Assembly: GCA_963807035.1 (NCBI GenBank)
Contig: CAWEAL010000003.1
Location: 96,869-160,868 of the forward strand
Reading direction: 5' to 3'
Origin: an uncultured Chloroflexia bacterium
GTDB taxonomy: Bacteria; Chloroflexota; Limnocylindria; Limnocylindrales; CSP1-4
DNA: 64,000 bases
Made by a program: the position numbers and the translations under genes. Of the stretch, positions 1 to 9,483 are shown one piece after another. How positions within the stretch are numbered: the first letter of the stretch is position 1; the number at the start of each line of letters is the position of its first letter. The notes beneath the pieces were generated by a model. The model saw nothing but the letters and a program-made list of their open reading frames with translations, searched no databases and was not told the DNA's origin.

Positions 1-110
1 GGAGCGACCTCGAGTCCGCGTGTGGAGTGGCATCGGAACCGGACTGAGGCTCTCGGGTCGGGGATCGGCGGGGCACGCTAGGCCCGGATCCTGATGCTCC
101 TGCCAAAGGG

Positions 111-899
111 TCAGAAGCCGGACGGGTACGGTGCAGGCGAGCCCGCCGTCACGACCCCACCAGGGCCGGCGCTCACATAGACGAACAACGGCGGCCCACT
201 CGCGAAGTCGATGATCACGATCCCTTGATCCCCGAGTGGCGCCACACACGGTGCGCCGGGTGGACACAGGCCACCCCAGCGGAACTCCTCGCGGACGATC
301 GCGGGATGCCCCGGGGACAAGGCCGCGAGGGCAGCAGTGATCGCGGGGGTGCAGGTCAGGCTCGGCGTCGGGTTGAGTTGCGACCTGTCACAGACCACCT
401 CGGGCGATCCGACCGGCGAGGCTGACGAAGACGCGGTCGTCTCGCTCACGACGATCGTGACCTCATAGGCACCCGCCGAGCCCGTGCACAGCACGGCTTC
501 GCCGCAGGTCGTCCGGCTCGCGCTGATCGTCGCCCGGCCGGGCGCGAGGGCGCGGAACGTGGCCGTGACGATGCCACAGCCCATTCCGGGCAGGCAGGCG
601 GATGGCGCGGCACCCGAGGCGGTCGGACCCGACACGAGGGCCAGCACGGCCGGATCGGAGCTGGCCTGCACTTGCCAGTACGTGTTCGCGAGCCGGAGGG
701 TGATCTCGGACCCGATGGCCACCCTGACGGTCTGGCCGTTGTCGGCCTCGCCGACCTCGAGCTGGGACGGCGTTGCGACCGGGCTCGTGCTCGCGCCGGA
801 CGGGATGGCGGTAGACCCAACAGAACAGGCGGCCAACAAGAGCCCGAGACCGACCAGCGTGAGGATGCTGCGGGCGGAGAGGCTGGAACGGCCGTTCAT
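111..899 (-). CDS. secreted lipoprotein with a possible chagasin-like (I42) protease-inhibitor domain
   Basis: 262-aa ORF with an N-terminal signal peptide and lipobox (LLLAAC). The segment RLANTYWQV resembles the NPTTGYxW motif of the chagasin family. The C-terminal half is Cys-rich. Confidence 0.45.
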   Translation of the reverse strand: MNGRSSLSARSILTLVGLGLLLAACSVGSTAIPSGASTSPVATPSQLEVGEADNGQTVRVAIGSEITLRLANTYWQVQASSDPAVLALVSGPTASGAAPSACLPGMGCGIVTATFRALAPGRATISASRTTCGEAVLCTGSAGAYEVTIVVSETTASSSASPVGSPEVVCDRSQLNPTPSLTCTPAITAALAALSPGHPAIVREEFRWGGLCPPGAPCVAPLGDQGIVIIDFASGPPLFVYVSAGPGGVVTAGSPAPYPSGF

Positions 900-909
900 T
901 GACGGGTCC

Positions 910-1302
910 TCAGCGGATGCCGGTGTCGTAGTCGATCTCGATGGCGGTGGGGACTGATCCGACCGCCACGCTCACCTCGACGGCCTTGGCCGTGCCGAGC
1001 AGACCTTGGACCGGCTCCGGCGTGATCGTGTACGTCCCGGCCGGGATGGAGGCGTTCCAGCGCCCGTCAGCCCCGGTCGTCACGCGCGTGACGGTGTGCC
1101 CAGCGCCGTCGGTGATCACCAATACCGCGCCTGCGACCGGCCGAGGTGCGCACTGGCCGGGCAGCGGTGATGCAGGCTCCACCGGACAAGTCGGGCCCGC
1201 CAGCGCCTGCCCGCCGATCGGGTAGGTCGGCCCTGCTGGCGCAGGAGTACAGGCGACGAAGCCGGTCACCACGATGAACAGGACGGCCAATCGGCGAGCC
1301 AT
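910..1302 (-). CDS. lipoprotein with a carboxypeptidase-regulatory-like beta-sandwich domain
   Basis: 130-aa ORF with signal peptide and lipobox (VTGFVAC). GADGRWNASIPAGTYTITP is typical of CarbopepD_reg-like domains. It sits immediately downstream of the 111..899 gene on the same strand. Confidence 0.4.
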   Translation of the reverse strand: MARRLAVLFIVVTGFVACTPAPAGPTYPIGGQALAGPTCPVEPASPLPGQCAPRPVAGAVLVITDGAGHTVTRVTTGADGRWNASIPAGTYTITPEPVQGLLGTAKAVEVSVAVGSVPTAIEIDYDTGIR

Positions 1303-1391
1303 GATCGCTCGACGCTCGCGGGCGTGGGCTGGTTCCCAACCTTACGGGCACCGGATTGCCGGGACGAGGCACCGGCCCGGAGGCGCCGCGG

Positions 1392-1637
1392 TCAGAGCCA
1401 GCGGGCGAGCAGAACCGCGAGCGCTGCCGCGAACAGCGCGAGCCACAGGATCGACAGCGCCGCCTCGGGCACGCTGATGAGCGAGCGTGCATCGATCGCC
1501 TTCCGCGAGCCGTCCGAGTACACGATCTTGCCGCTCACCCCGGAGGCGCGACGGCGAATCGAGCGCGCTCGCGTGGAGAGTCGCCGCTGTGCGAGGCTCA
1601 ACAGTGCCGCAGCAAACGCCGCGAGCGCGGCCGGCAC
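1392..1637 (-). CDS. small hydrophobic protein (hypothetical)
   Basis: 81-aa ORF with hydrophobic N- and C-terminal helices. No homology recognised. Confidence 0.2.
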   Translation of the reverse strand: MPAALAAFAAALLSLAQRRLSTRARSIRRRASGVSGKIVYSDGSRKAIDARSLISVPEAALSILWLALFAAALAVLLARWL

Positions 1638-1856
1638 CGGATGCCCGCCCGTCGCGTAAGCCGCGGTGACGACGGGGAAGGCGCCCCAGCCGAGCGCGAA
1701 GCCGACATCCGAACGCGCGCTTCGCGGCCTCGACCGGTCGCCCGCGTACCGGAGGCGCCGCGCTTAGGACTTGAAGCGCGAAGCCGCCAGCCGATCAGCC
1801 TACGGACGTGACCTGCCCTCGGGCGCATCCTGCGGTAAAGAGGGGATTGTTTCAGC

Positions 1857-3641
1857 ATGCCAAACCCACCGACGGGCTGGGTCGAGGATCCGGCCGGTTT
1901 GCACTTCATCCGGCGCGAACTGCTGCCCGCCACCGCCGCGATCGTCGGCTTGTTCCTCGTCGTCGGGATCGCCGTCCACCGTGGGAACGAGCGGCTGTTC
2001 GTTGTCCTCCTGGTCGTCGCCCTCGCCCAGGTTGGGCTGGCGCTCGGACTGAATCGCCTCGGCCATCGGCTGACCGGGCCCCAGCAACTCCGGATCCTGC
2101 TGGCCACGACCCCGGCGAGCTTCTTCGTGCTGGCCCTCGCGGGCTGGAATGCCGACAAGTCGGTGTTCCAGCCGGCTGTCCCGGCGATGGTTGCCGGCAC
2201 GCTCGCGATGGTCGTGGCCCTGACCGAGCCGCGCTCGGTGCTCGTTCCCTGGGCCGCGGCGTGCGCCATCGCCGTGGTCGCCGGCGGCTGGATCGTGGCC
2301 GGCCCCGCGGGCGCGATCCTGCTCCCACCGGCCTGCCTCGCCGGCATCGCCTTCCTCGCCTGGCTGATCCGGGACGGAATCGAGCGCTACCACGCCGACC
2401 GCCGGGCAATCGTCCACGCGGTCGCCGCCCTCGTGCCACTCGGGACGCCGGAAGCGACCTCGGCCGAAATCGTCCGCCTCCTCGGGTCGTGGATCGACTT
2501 CGAGTCGGTGATCGTGCTGCGCTTCACCCGTCTCGACGAGACCGTCGTCGTTGCGGCGCTCAACCGCGCCGCCCCGAACGGCCTGACCGTCGGCGAGGTG
2601 TTGCCCGACACGAGGAACGAGCTGCTCAGGGCGAAGGCGGCCGACGGCCCCTGGCTGACCCGTTGGGTGGCGCGCCCCGAGGATGGCACGTACGGCACCC
2701 GGATCACCGCCAACGGGATCACCGCGGCCGCCTATGTGCCGATCGCCCGCGATGGTCGCACGATCGGACTCCTCGTCGTGTCGGAAGCCCGACGGGCAGA
2801 GGAGAGCCTGGCCACTCTGGCCGACCGCTTGCCGGTCCTGATCGAGATCGGCGAGCTCGCAGGGCCGCTGCTCGGGCCCGGATTCGAGCATGTCGACGCG
2901 ACCTCGGCGGCACGATTGCGCCTCGACGAGATCCTGGCAAATCGGTCCTTCGCGCCCGTCTTCCAGCCGGTTTCCGAGTTGGCGACCGGACAGGTTGTGG
3001 GCGTCGAGGCCCTGACGCAATTCGTCGGGGCCGGCCCCGACGAGGTCTTTGGCCAGGCGCAGCTCCTGGGCAGGCTTCAGGAGCTCGAGGTCGCGACCCT
3101 CACGGCCAGCCTTGCGGCGGCTGAGCGCCTGCCACTCGGCTGCTGGTTGAGCATCAACGTCTCGCCTGGGCTGCTGGCCGATCCGACGACCCTCGAGCGA
3201 CTCCTGGCGGACTCCCCGCGGCAGATCGTCCTCGAGCTCTCCGAGCATGAGCCGGTCGTTGATTACGGAGCGTTGACCGCCAGCCTGACGCGCCTTGGGC
3301 CGCGCGTCTCCCTCGCGATCGACGATGCAGGTGCCGGGTTCTCCAGCCTGCGCCATATCCTCGAGATGGCGCCGGCCTGGGTGAAGCTCGACATCGGCCT
3401 CGTCCGGGGCGTCGATGCCGATCCGGCACGGCAGGCGTTGGTCGCCGGCCTCGTCCACTTCGCGCTCCAGGCGCGGATCGCGTTGATTGCCGAGGGGATC
3501 GAGACGCGGGCGGAGTACGACGAATTGAGGTCGCTCGGCGTGGAGTTCGGCCAGGGCTTCCTGCTCGCTCGGCCGGCCCCGATCTCCGAGGCGATGATCA
3601 GCACGCTCCGCTCGCCTCAGGCGGTCCCGCGCTCGGCGTGA
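1857..3641 (+). CDS. membrane-anchored EAL-domain c-di-GMP phosphodiesterase (multi-TM N-terminus, GAF-like middle, EAL C-terminus)
   Basis: 594 aa. The N-terminus has about 5 TM helices. The C-terminal domain carries EAL signatures: FQPVSELATGQVVGVEALTQF, LELSEHE, LAIDDAGAGFSSLRHI, KLDIGLVRGV, IAEGIET...GQGFLLARP. No GGDEF domain is present. Confidence 0.85.
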   Translation: MPNPPTGWVEDPAGLHFIRRELLPATAAIVGLFLVVGIAVHRGNERLFVVLLVVALAQVGLALGLNRLGHRLTGPQQLRILLATTPASFFVLALAGWNADKSVFQPAVPAMVAGTLAMVVALTEPRSVLVPWAAACAIAVVAGGWIVAGPAGAILLPPACLAGIAFLAWLIRDGIERYHADRRAIVHAVAALVPLGTPEATSAEIVRLLGSWIDFESVIVLRFTRLDETVVVAALNRAAPNGLTVGEVLPDTRNELLRAKAADGPWLTRWVARPEDGTYGTRITANGITAAAYVPIARDGRTIGLLVVSEARRAEESLATLADRLPVLIEIGELAGPLLGPGFEHVDATSAARLRLDEILANRSFAPVFQPVSELATGQVVGVEALTQFVGAGPDEVFGQAQLLGRLQELEVATLTASLAAAERLPLGCWLSINVSPGLLADPTTLERLLADSPRQIVLELSEHEPVVDYGALTASLTRLGPRVSLAIDDAGAGFSSLRHILEMAPAWVKLDIGLVRGVDADPARQALVAGLVHFALQARIALIAEGIETRAEYDELRSLGVEFGQGFLLARPAPISEAMISTLRSPQAVPRSA

Positions 3642-4435
3642 TTCGGATCGATCGTCCTACCCGTCACTGATCGCCCGAGGACCAGGTACGTCTCGACCTG
3701 TCGAAACCCCAGGGCGCGGTAGACGGGCTCGCCGAGCGGGCTCGCTTGAAGCCAGGCGAGATCAGCACCGGTCGTGAACCCGTCGCGAACCGCGTAGGCC
3801 GTGACCGCCCGGCCATATCCGCGTCCGCGCTCAGCTGGCGAAGTCGCGACATTGAAGATGCCGACCGTGTCCCCGCCGAGCCAGGTCGTTGCCGTCGACA
3901 CGGCCCGGCCGCCGGCCCACGCAACGAAGATCGAGATGCCTGGCGTCGCTGCAACGCGGGGCGTGAAGAGCGGCGCGAATTGCTCCGCTGGAGTCTCGAA
4001 TCCTGCGGCCGCGACCGTCGCTGCGACCGCCAGGCCAGCCGGGTCATCGACACGGCGAATCTCGATTTCTGGACCCACGCTGACCACGAGCTCGTCGGGA
4101 CGCATGACCATCCCTGGGAACGGCTCCTCGTGGACGAACCCCAACCGGCGGACCAGGTCTTCGCTGACGGGGGTTCGTCGGGCGCGCAGCTCAATCCAAC
4201 AGGGCAGGCCCTTGCCCTCGACCTCGCTGATCCCTTGCTCGAGTTCATCGGGTCGAATGGCTTCGTCCGGACCGTCAATCCAGACGCCATTGAGACCGGG
4301 AAACGGGATTCGGGGGCAACCGACGACGCGGTGCCCCATTCGAGCCTTGAGCCAGGCATCTTCGATCCGGCCCATGATTTCGGCGAACGAGTGGGTCAGC
4401 CCCTGATCGAGCCGGTCACGTTCGTCGTGGTGCAT
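3617..4435 (-). CDS. GNAT family N-acetyltransferase (two-lobed)
   Basis: 272 aa. C-terminal segment FNVATSPAERGRGYGRAVTAYAV matches the GNAT acetyl-CoA-binding motif. Its end overlaps the end of the convergent EAL gene. Confidence 0.75.
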   Translation of the reverse strand: MHHDERDRLDQGLTHSFAEIMGRIEDAWLKARMGHRVVGCPRIPFPGLNGVWIDGPDEAIRPDELEQGISEVEGKGLPCWIELRARRTPVSEDLVRRLGFVHEEPFPGMVMRPDELVVSVGPEIEIRRVDDPAGLAVAATVAAAGFETPAEQFAPLFTPRVAATPGISIFVAWAGGRAVSTATTWLGGDTVGIFNVATSPAERGRGYGRAVTAYAVRDGFTTGADLAWLQASPLGEPVYRALGFRQVETYLVLGRSVTGRTIDPNHAERGTA

Positions 4436-4603
4436 GACGCCTCCGAAGGTGGACCAGGTGGAACCACCGGCATGGTGGTGGGGGAGAGCGTAGCCTCCCC
4501 TTGCGAGTCGACTGGTTCCCGAGCCTCTGGATAGCGATCTACACTCGGCCGATGGCAGGAAGGCGAGCCGAGTCGCTCAAGGACAATCCGCACGACGATC
4601 CAC

Positions 4604-5587
4604 GTGGATGACGATCGCGATCGCCTCGGCTGGCCTGCCGCCCTCGCGGGCGATCGGCCCCCAGCCATCCTGGCAGGTGGTCGTTTGAAGCGCGGCGCCC
4701 AGGATCCACATCCGCCGGACGGAGACGCTTCCGCCGTCGCCCAACGGGCCGCCGAGGATCGTCGTTCCGCCGAGGTCGCGCAGCAACTCGAGCGGGCGTT
4801 CCGATCGGATCCGGAGCGGATCGCCCGAGTTCGGGGCAATGTGCTCCGCGAGTACGAGCCCATCCGCGCGTCCCGTGGCCGTCACGACCCCCGGCTCAAG
4901 CGGACCCTCGCGTGGGTCTTCGCGACCAGCTTGATCATCGGAGCCGTCGGCGTTCTGGGAGGCCTGAACAGCGGACCGGGCCAACCCTTCTACATGGCCC
5001 GACTCGAGATCGAGACGATCAGCCTGCCGGCGGGTGGACAGGCTCGCTGGGAGGCAGAGCTCACCGGCCTCGATGCCCGCCTGGCCGACGTCCAGATGGC
5101 CGCAGCCCACGGCGATGTGGCCGCGCTCAGTGCCGCGGCCACGGCCTACGAGGCTGATCTGGCGACTCTGGTCGAAGTGATCGGGGCTCCAGGATCGAAT
5201 GGTTCTGAACTGCAAGCCGCCCTGGCTCATGACGCTGCCACGATCGCCACGATCGCGAGCCAATCTGCTCGTTCAGCGGAGGTCGTAGGGCCGATCGCCA
5301 GGCTTCTCGCCCAGGATGCAACGATCGTCGATGGGTTGGAGGCCACTCCGACCGATCGGGGCAACGGCACCCACCCTCCGAGCTCGACCGCCCCAGGCCG
5401 GACGGGATCGAGCCCACGGCCAACCAGCGCCAGCCGCCCATCGCCGACGGCGACACCGAGCCCGACGAACGCGAAAGGCAACGGCACGGGCAATGGACAC
5501 GGCAACGGCAACGGGAACGGCCACGGCAACGGGAACCGCAACGGCAACGGCAATGGCAACGGCAATGGCAACGGGAAGAACAAGTAG
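4604..5587 (+). CDS. single-pass membrane protein (anti-sigma/DUF5667-like architecture) with a C-terminal (Asn-Gly)n low-complexity tail
   Basis: Cytoplasmic N-terminus, a TM helix (TLAWVFATSLIIGAVGVLGGL), an Ala-rich extracytoplasmic domain, then a Pro/Ser/Thr linker and NGNGHGNGNG... encoded by a (GGCAAC)n repeat. The true start may be internal. Confidence 0.45.
   Translation: MDDDRDRLGWPAALAGDRPPAILAGGRLKRGAQDPHPPDGDASAVAQRAAEDRRSAEVAQQLERAFRSDPERIARVRGNVLREYEPIRASRGRHDPRLKRTLAWVFATSLIIGAVGVLGGLNSGPGQPFYMARLEIETISLPAGGQARWEAELTGLDARLADVQMAAAHGDVAALSAAATAYEADLATLVEVIGAPGSNGSELQAALAHDAATIATIASQSARSAEVVGPIARLLAQDATIVDGLEATPTDRGNGTHPPSSTAPGRTGSSPRPTSASRPSPTATPSPTNAKGNGTGNGHGNGNGNGHGNGNRNGNGNGNGNGNGKNK
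5477..5578 (+). repeat. hexanucleotide (GGCAAC)n microsatellite encoding the (Asn-Gly)n tail
   Basis: About 17 tandem GGCAAC/GGCAAT/GGGAAC units are seen directly in the sequence. Confidence 0.85.
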
Positions 5588-5891
5588 TTGGCCCAGGCGA
5601 TCCGCACTCGGGCTCCTGACATGAACGAGCCTGCAAGCCGCGGTTGGAAAGGCGTCGATGCCCCGGATACCGTCGACGCGACGCGCCCGCGTCCTCCGCT
5701 GAACCACGATCGCCGTTGTCTTCCCGGGATCAGGGAATCCGGAAGGCAGGCGTGACCTGACGCGGGCTCGGCTCGAGCTCGAGCGACAACAGGTTCTCGC
5801 GTATCGACGGACCGTCGGCGCTCTCGATGAGCGTCTGCCCGAGGGCGCCGCCTCGCTCAGGCGCGCAGCCTGGGCAGGCCTGCAGGACAGC

Positions 5892-6779
5892 ATGCCGCGG
5901 GCGGCCATCGTCTCGATTCACGCCCGTGTCCAGGGGACCGGACCGAACACCTGGGAGGACCCGTCGCTGGTGCAGCTGTGGGGGCCGCGGTTCAGCGCCT
6001 ATGCGGTCGCAGCGCGTGATCTTGCGATCTTCGCGCTCGGCCGTCTCCCCGACGACGATGAGCGGCGCAGAGCTGCCGAGGACCTCGCCCGTCGGCTGCA
6101 CGCCTTCCTCGACGGTCGAACGATGACCTACGGTGAGGCGGGGCGCGGGCTCGGCGAGCACCCGAACCGCCTCAAGTACGCCGCGCCGACCGGCACGCTG
6201 CTGATCAGGTGGGATGGGGCGCGGCAGCCGACCGTCTGGACTGTGCCGCCGCCGGACGTTGCCCCAGGCGACGCCCGGCTCGAGCTGGCGCGCCGATATC
6301 TGCACGTGTTCGGTCCGGCAGCGCCGGGGGCATTCGCTCAGTGGGCCGGGATCCGGCCGGCTGAGGGCCGCGCCGCGTTCGACGCTCTCGTTCGATCGCT
6401 GACGCCGGCGCGGACGCCTGTCGGAGATGGGTGGATCCTGGCCAGCGACGAGTCGGCGTTCAGGGTCCCACGCGGACCCGCAGCGGCCGCGCGGCTCCTT
6501 CCGAGTGGGGATGCGTACTTCCTCCTGCAGGGGGCCGATCGGGAGCTGCTGGTCCCCGATTCCAACCACCGTCGCAAGCTGTGGACCGCGCGAGTCTGGC
6601 CTGGTGCCGTCGTGGTGGCGGGCGAGATCACCGGAACCTGGAGACGGACGCAGGCTGAGGTCGGGATCGAGTCGTGGCGCCGTCTCTCACCTGCGGAGCG
6701 CGAGGCGGTGGAGGCGGAGGCTGCGTCCCTGCCGCTGCCCGGTATTCAGCGCGATGTCCGGGTCCGCTGGGACGCCTGA
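5892..6779 (+). CDS. winged-helix DNA-binding domain protein of the YcaQ/AlkZ family (DNA glycosylase-like), paralog 1
   Basis: 295 aa from the first ATG. Similarity to the YcaQ family continues upstream in-frame to about 5703 (..ARLELERQQVLAYRRTVGALDERLP..) with no ATG or GTG. The N-terminus may be truncated by a non-canonical start or an indel. Confidence 0.65.
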   Translation: MPRAAIVSIHARVQGTGPNTWEDPSLVQLWGPRFSAYAVAARDLAIFALGRLPDDDERRRAAEDLARRLHAFLDGRTMTYGEAGRGLGEHPNRLKYAAPTGTLLIRWDGARQPTVWTVPPPDVAPGDARLELARRYLHVFGPAAPGAFAQWAGIRPAEGRAAFDALVRSLTPARTPVGDGWILASDESAFRVPRGPAAAARLLPSGDAYFLLQGADRELLVPDSNHRRKLWTARVWPGAVVVAGEITGTWRRTQAEVGIESWRRLSPAEREAVEAEAASLPLPGIQRDVRVRWDA

Positions 6780-6796
6780 GGCCCGAAGCCGGGGGG

Positions 6797-7186
6797 TCAT
6801 GAGACTGCCTCGGGTCTTGCCGGGGCCGCCCGGACACCGACGTTCCGGGTGGCGGATCCCGGTTGGAACCTCACGCAGCAATAGCCGGGCCTGGGCGCAA
6901 GCTCCGCTTGAAACTCCGAGCCTGCAAGTCCGTCGAGGACCCCTTCCGCCCAGGCAAGGTTCATCCCGCACGTCAGATCCCGATGACCCGCGACGAGGGC
7001 GTCGTATGGACAGTTCCTGAGGCAGACCGTCTCGGTCGACGTCTCGACCCGGGGTGCATCGACCTGGACTGAGAAGGAGCACCACCCGATGACGACAGCC
7101 TCCAGACGTGACGTTCGGCCCTTGGCTGGAGTGCTCGGCGGCCATAGTGTCGGATCCACCATCCGGATCGCGGGGAGGTCTGCCAT
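6797..7186 (-). CDS. hypothetical Cys-rich protein
   Basis: 129-aa ORF with CxxNCP...CGMN...CC motifs. Its start overlaps the start of the divergent flavodoxin gene, which is suspicious. Confidence 0.25.
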   Translation of the reverse strand: MADLPAIRMVDPTLWPPSTPAKGRTSRLEAVVIGWCSFSVQVDAPRVETSTETVCLRNCPYDALVAGHRDLTCGMNLAWAEGVLDGLAGSEFQAELAPRPGYCCVRFQPGSATRNVGVRAAPARPEAVS

Positions 7187-7727
7187 GTCCGTTCTCGTCG
7201 CCTATGCCACCCGGCACGGCGCCACGCAGGGCCTCGCCGAGCGGATCGCCGATCGACTCCGACACGATGGCGTCGACGCCGAGGCCATCCCGGCCGCGGA
7301 CGTGCGCGAAGTGTCCGCCTACGATGCCTTCATCGTCGGCAGCGCCGCATACATGTTCCACTGGCTCGCGGACGCGACCCGCTTCGTCGAGCACAACCGG
7401 GCGACGCTGGCCGCCCGACCCGTCTGGCTGTTCAGCAGCGGGCCGTTGGGTACCGACCGCTTCGACGCCAAGGGCCGCGACCTGCTGGTCACCTCGGAGC
7501 CGAGGGAGTTCGCCGAGCTGCGGGCCACACTCCATCCGCGGGGCGAGCAGGTCTTCTTCGGGGCCCTCGACCCGCATGCGCCTCCGATCGGCCTGGCCGA
7601 GCGCTTCGCCCGGCACCTGCCGGCCGCTGCCAGGGAGGCGATGCCGGCGGGCGACTTCCGCGACTGGCCCGCCGTCGACGCCTGGGCCGACGCGATCGCC
7701 GCGCAGCTCGTCCCGCCGCCGGCCTGA
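7185..7727 (+). CDS. flavodoxin-like domain protein
   Basis: MSVLVAYATRHGATQGLAERIA..AYDAFIVGSAAYMFHW is a flavodoxin/HemG-like fold signature. The start is taken at an internal Met of the 7089 ORF. Confidence 0.65.
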   Translation: MSVLVAYATRHGATQGLAERIADRLRHDGVDAEAIPAADVREVSAYDAFIVGSAAYMFHWLADATRFVEHNRATLAARPVWLFSSGPLGTDRFDAKGRDLLVTSEPREFAELRATLHPRGEQVFFGALDPHAPPIGLAERFARHLPAAAREAMPAGDFRDWPAVDAWADAIAAQLVPPPA

Positions 7728-7769
7728 GCCGGAGCCCGGCCACCAATTCGGCCGAGCCGAAGGCGTCGG

Positions 7770-8897
7770 TTAGCCTCGCAGGTTCGCGACGATCACCGGG
7801 ACGCCGAGGAAGCGGCCGTACCGCTCGACCGCCTGGCTGAGTGCGGCCTCGTCGGCCGGCCCGCCGATACGGAGCGTTCCGAGCTCGACGACGACGCGCC
7901 GGCCCAGCAGCTGTCGCCGCCAGCCGCCCCGGACCAGCCCGTTGAGGGTCACGACATTGCCCAGGATGCTGCCCCGGGGCAACGAGGCAGGGTCGAGGCC
8001 CCGGGCCGGATCGACCGCGGCCGCCCGATCCCGGTAGGCGACCAGGAACTCATCGAAGTTCGGGAGGAGATGGACGACCGGGCCATCTTCGCTCGGGACC
8101 GGCCCACCGGGCGAGGTCCAGTAGGAGATCCCCCCGACAACCTCGTGGCCGAGGGCTCCCGCGGCGAGCGCCAGGCCGCGTCGCGCGTCGGCGGTCGTGA
8201 GCCCGGACCACCAGGCAAAGTCCTGAGCCTGGGCCGGACCATGACTGGTGAAATAGCGCCGGGCCAGCTCCGCCAGCGCCTCGTCACGCTCGGGCCGGTC
8301 TGCGGGCGGCACGCGATCCTCGAGCAGCGCATACGTGAACTGCTTGCCCCGTCGCGGACCGCTCACGACGACTGAGTCAAGCTCGGCGTGCATGACCAGG
8401 TTCCCGAGACGCTGGCCGCTTGCCGCGATCCCATCTCGGCCGAGGATCGCCCCAAGCTCGTTTCGGGTCAGGTACACCCCGTCCCCGAGGGCCGCCGCAA
8501 TCGCTCGGTTACTGTCGCGGATGAGCGGCTCGTCGATCCCGAGCCGGCGGTCGGTCGCAGCCATCGCCGCCTTGACCCGGGCAGCCGTCAAACCGAGGAG
8601 CCAGCGAACGTCGGTCGGGAGCACGAAATGCCAGGTCGGACGCAGGACGTGGGTCCGCAGGATCAGGCCCTGGTCGAAGAGGCGGTCGATGTCGGGGTCG
8701 GTCCCGCTGCGGCTGCGCTGACCGAGCGCCCACTTCGCACCGCCGTAGTCCTGCGCCTGGACCGCGCCGAGCCATCCGATCGCTTCGACGATCGAAGCGA
8801 ACGGCTCGCCTGTGAGGCGCTGCGCGGCGAGACGTCGAGCGGCGACATCGATCAGGCTCAACGGGATCTGACCAGGCGGTGGCACTCGACGAACCAT
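7770..8897 (-). CDS. winged-helix DNA-binding domain protein of the YcaQ/AlkZ family, paralog 2
   Basis: 375 aa, full-length architecture, collinear with paralog 1 (..DRLFDQGLILRTHVLRPTWHFV.., ..WWSGLT..). Confidence 0.75.
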   Translation of the reverse strand: MVRRVPPPGQIPLSLIDVAARRLAAQRLTGEPFASIVEAIGWLGAVQAQDYGGAKWALGQRSRSGTDPDIDRLFDQGLILRTHVLRPTWHFVLPTDVRWLLGLTAARVKAAMAATDRRLGIDEPLIRDSNRAIAAALGDGVYLTRNELGAILGRDGIAASGQRLGNLVMHAELDSVVVSGPRRGKQFTYALLEDRVPPADRPERDEALAELARRYFTSHGPAQAQDFAWWSGLTTADARRGLALAAGALGHEVVGGISYWTSPGGPVPSEDGPVVHLLPNFDEFLVAYRDRAAAVDPARGLDPASLPRGSILGNVVTLNGLVRGGWRRQLLGRRVVVELGTLRIGGPADEAALSQAVERYGRFLGVPVIVANLRG

Positions 8898-9231
8898 CGG
8901 CCCTCCCGATGAACTCTAGTCCTGTGGCCGGTGGCGGGGTTCTCGGGCACCGTACCATCCGGGACATGATCGACGAAGATCCCACGACCGCACGCTGGCT
9001 CGCCCTGCTCTCCGGAGAGGACCCTGTCCAGCATTAACCGCCCGCGAGCATTGACCGCCCGCGATTCCGCGAAGGCGCTCGGAATGCCCGGCCAGAGCGC
9101 TCGTTCGGCCAGTGGACCGCGGGCCGAAGGGCGCGCCTCCCAGTCGGGACGAACGACCCGGCTCGTTCAGGCGGAATGGCCGCTGCATCCGAGAGCGCCG
9201 CGACCGACACTGGGCGAGCAGGAGTGTGACC

Positions 9232-9483
9232 GCCATGATCGAGCGCAGGGTTCGCGCCTATCTGAATGACGAACCGGCCAGGCGCCGGGATCGGAACCGG
9301 CGTTTGCGCGACGCGACATCCGCTCCCCGGAGCGGGCGTCGCTGGACCGAGAAGACCCTGCTGGAGCACGACCTGTCGGGCAGGCCCACCCGCCGGCAAC
9401 TCGAGGAGATGCAGCACCAGCTCCACACCGCGGCTGTCCAGCCGCACCACCCCGTCCTGCCGCGTCTACGCCGGACCGGGTGA
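9232..9483 (+). CDS. small basic hypothetical protein
   Basis: 83-aa Arg-rich ORF (MIERRVRAYLNDEP...). It lies in an otherwise unassigned 570-bp gap. No homology recognised. Confidence 0.15.
   Translation, partial: AMIERRVRAYLNDEPARRRDRNRRLRDATSAPRSGRRWTEKTLLEHDLSGRPTRRQLEEMQHQLHTAAVQPHHPVLPRLRRTG

Noticed and set aside
1598-3458. Large minus-strand ORFs (249 aa and 552 aa) and the plus-strand 438-aa ORF overlapping the EAL gene
   Set aside because: Arg/Pro/Gly-rich translations typical of off-frame reading of 70% GC DNA. The plus-frame EAL gene has clear domain motifs.
5227-5622. Minus-strand ORF encoding (PL)n across the hexanucleotide repeat
   Set aside because: Reverse reading of the same microsatellite. 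The plus-strand gene has a coherent TM and domain architecture upstream.
8966-9037. 23-codon mini-ORF MIDEDPTTARWLALLSGEDPVQH
   Set aside because: No RBS and too short. It is kept only as context for the adjacent 17-bp direct repeat.
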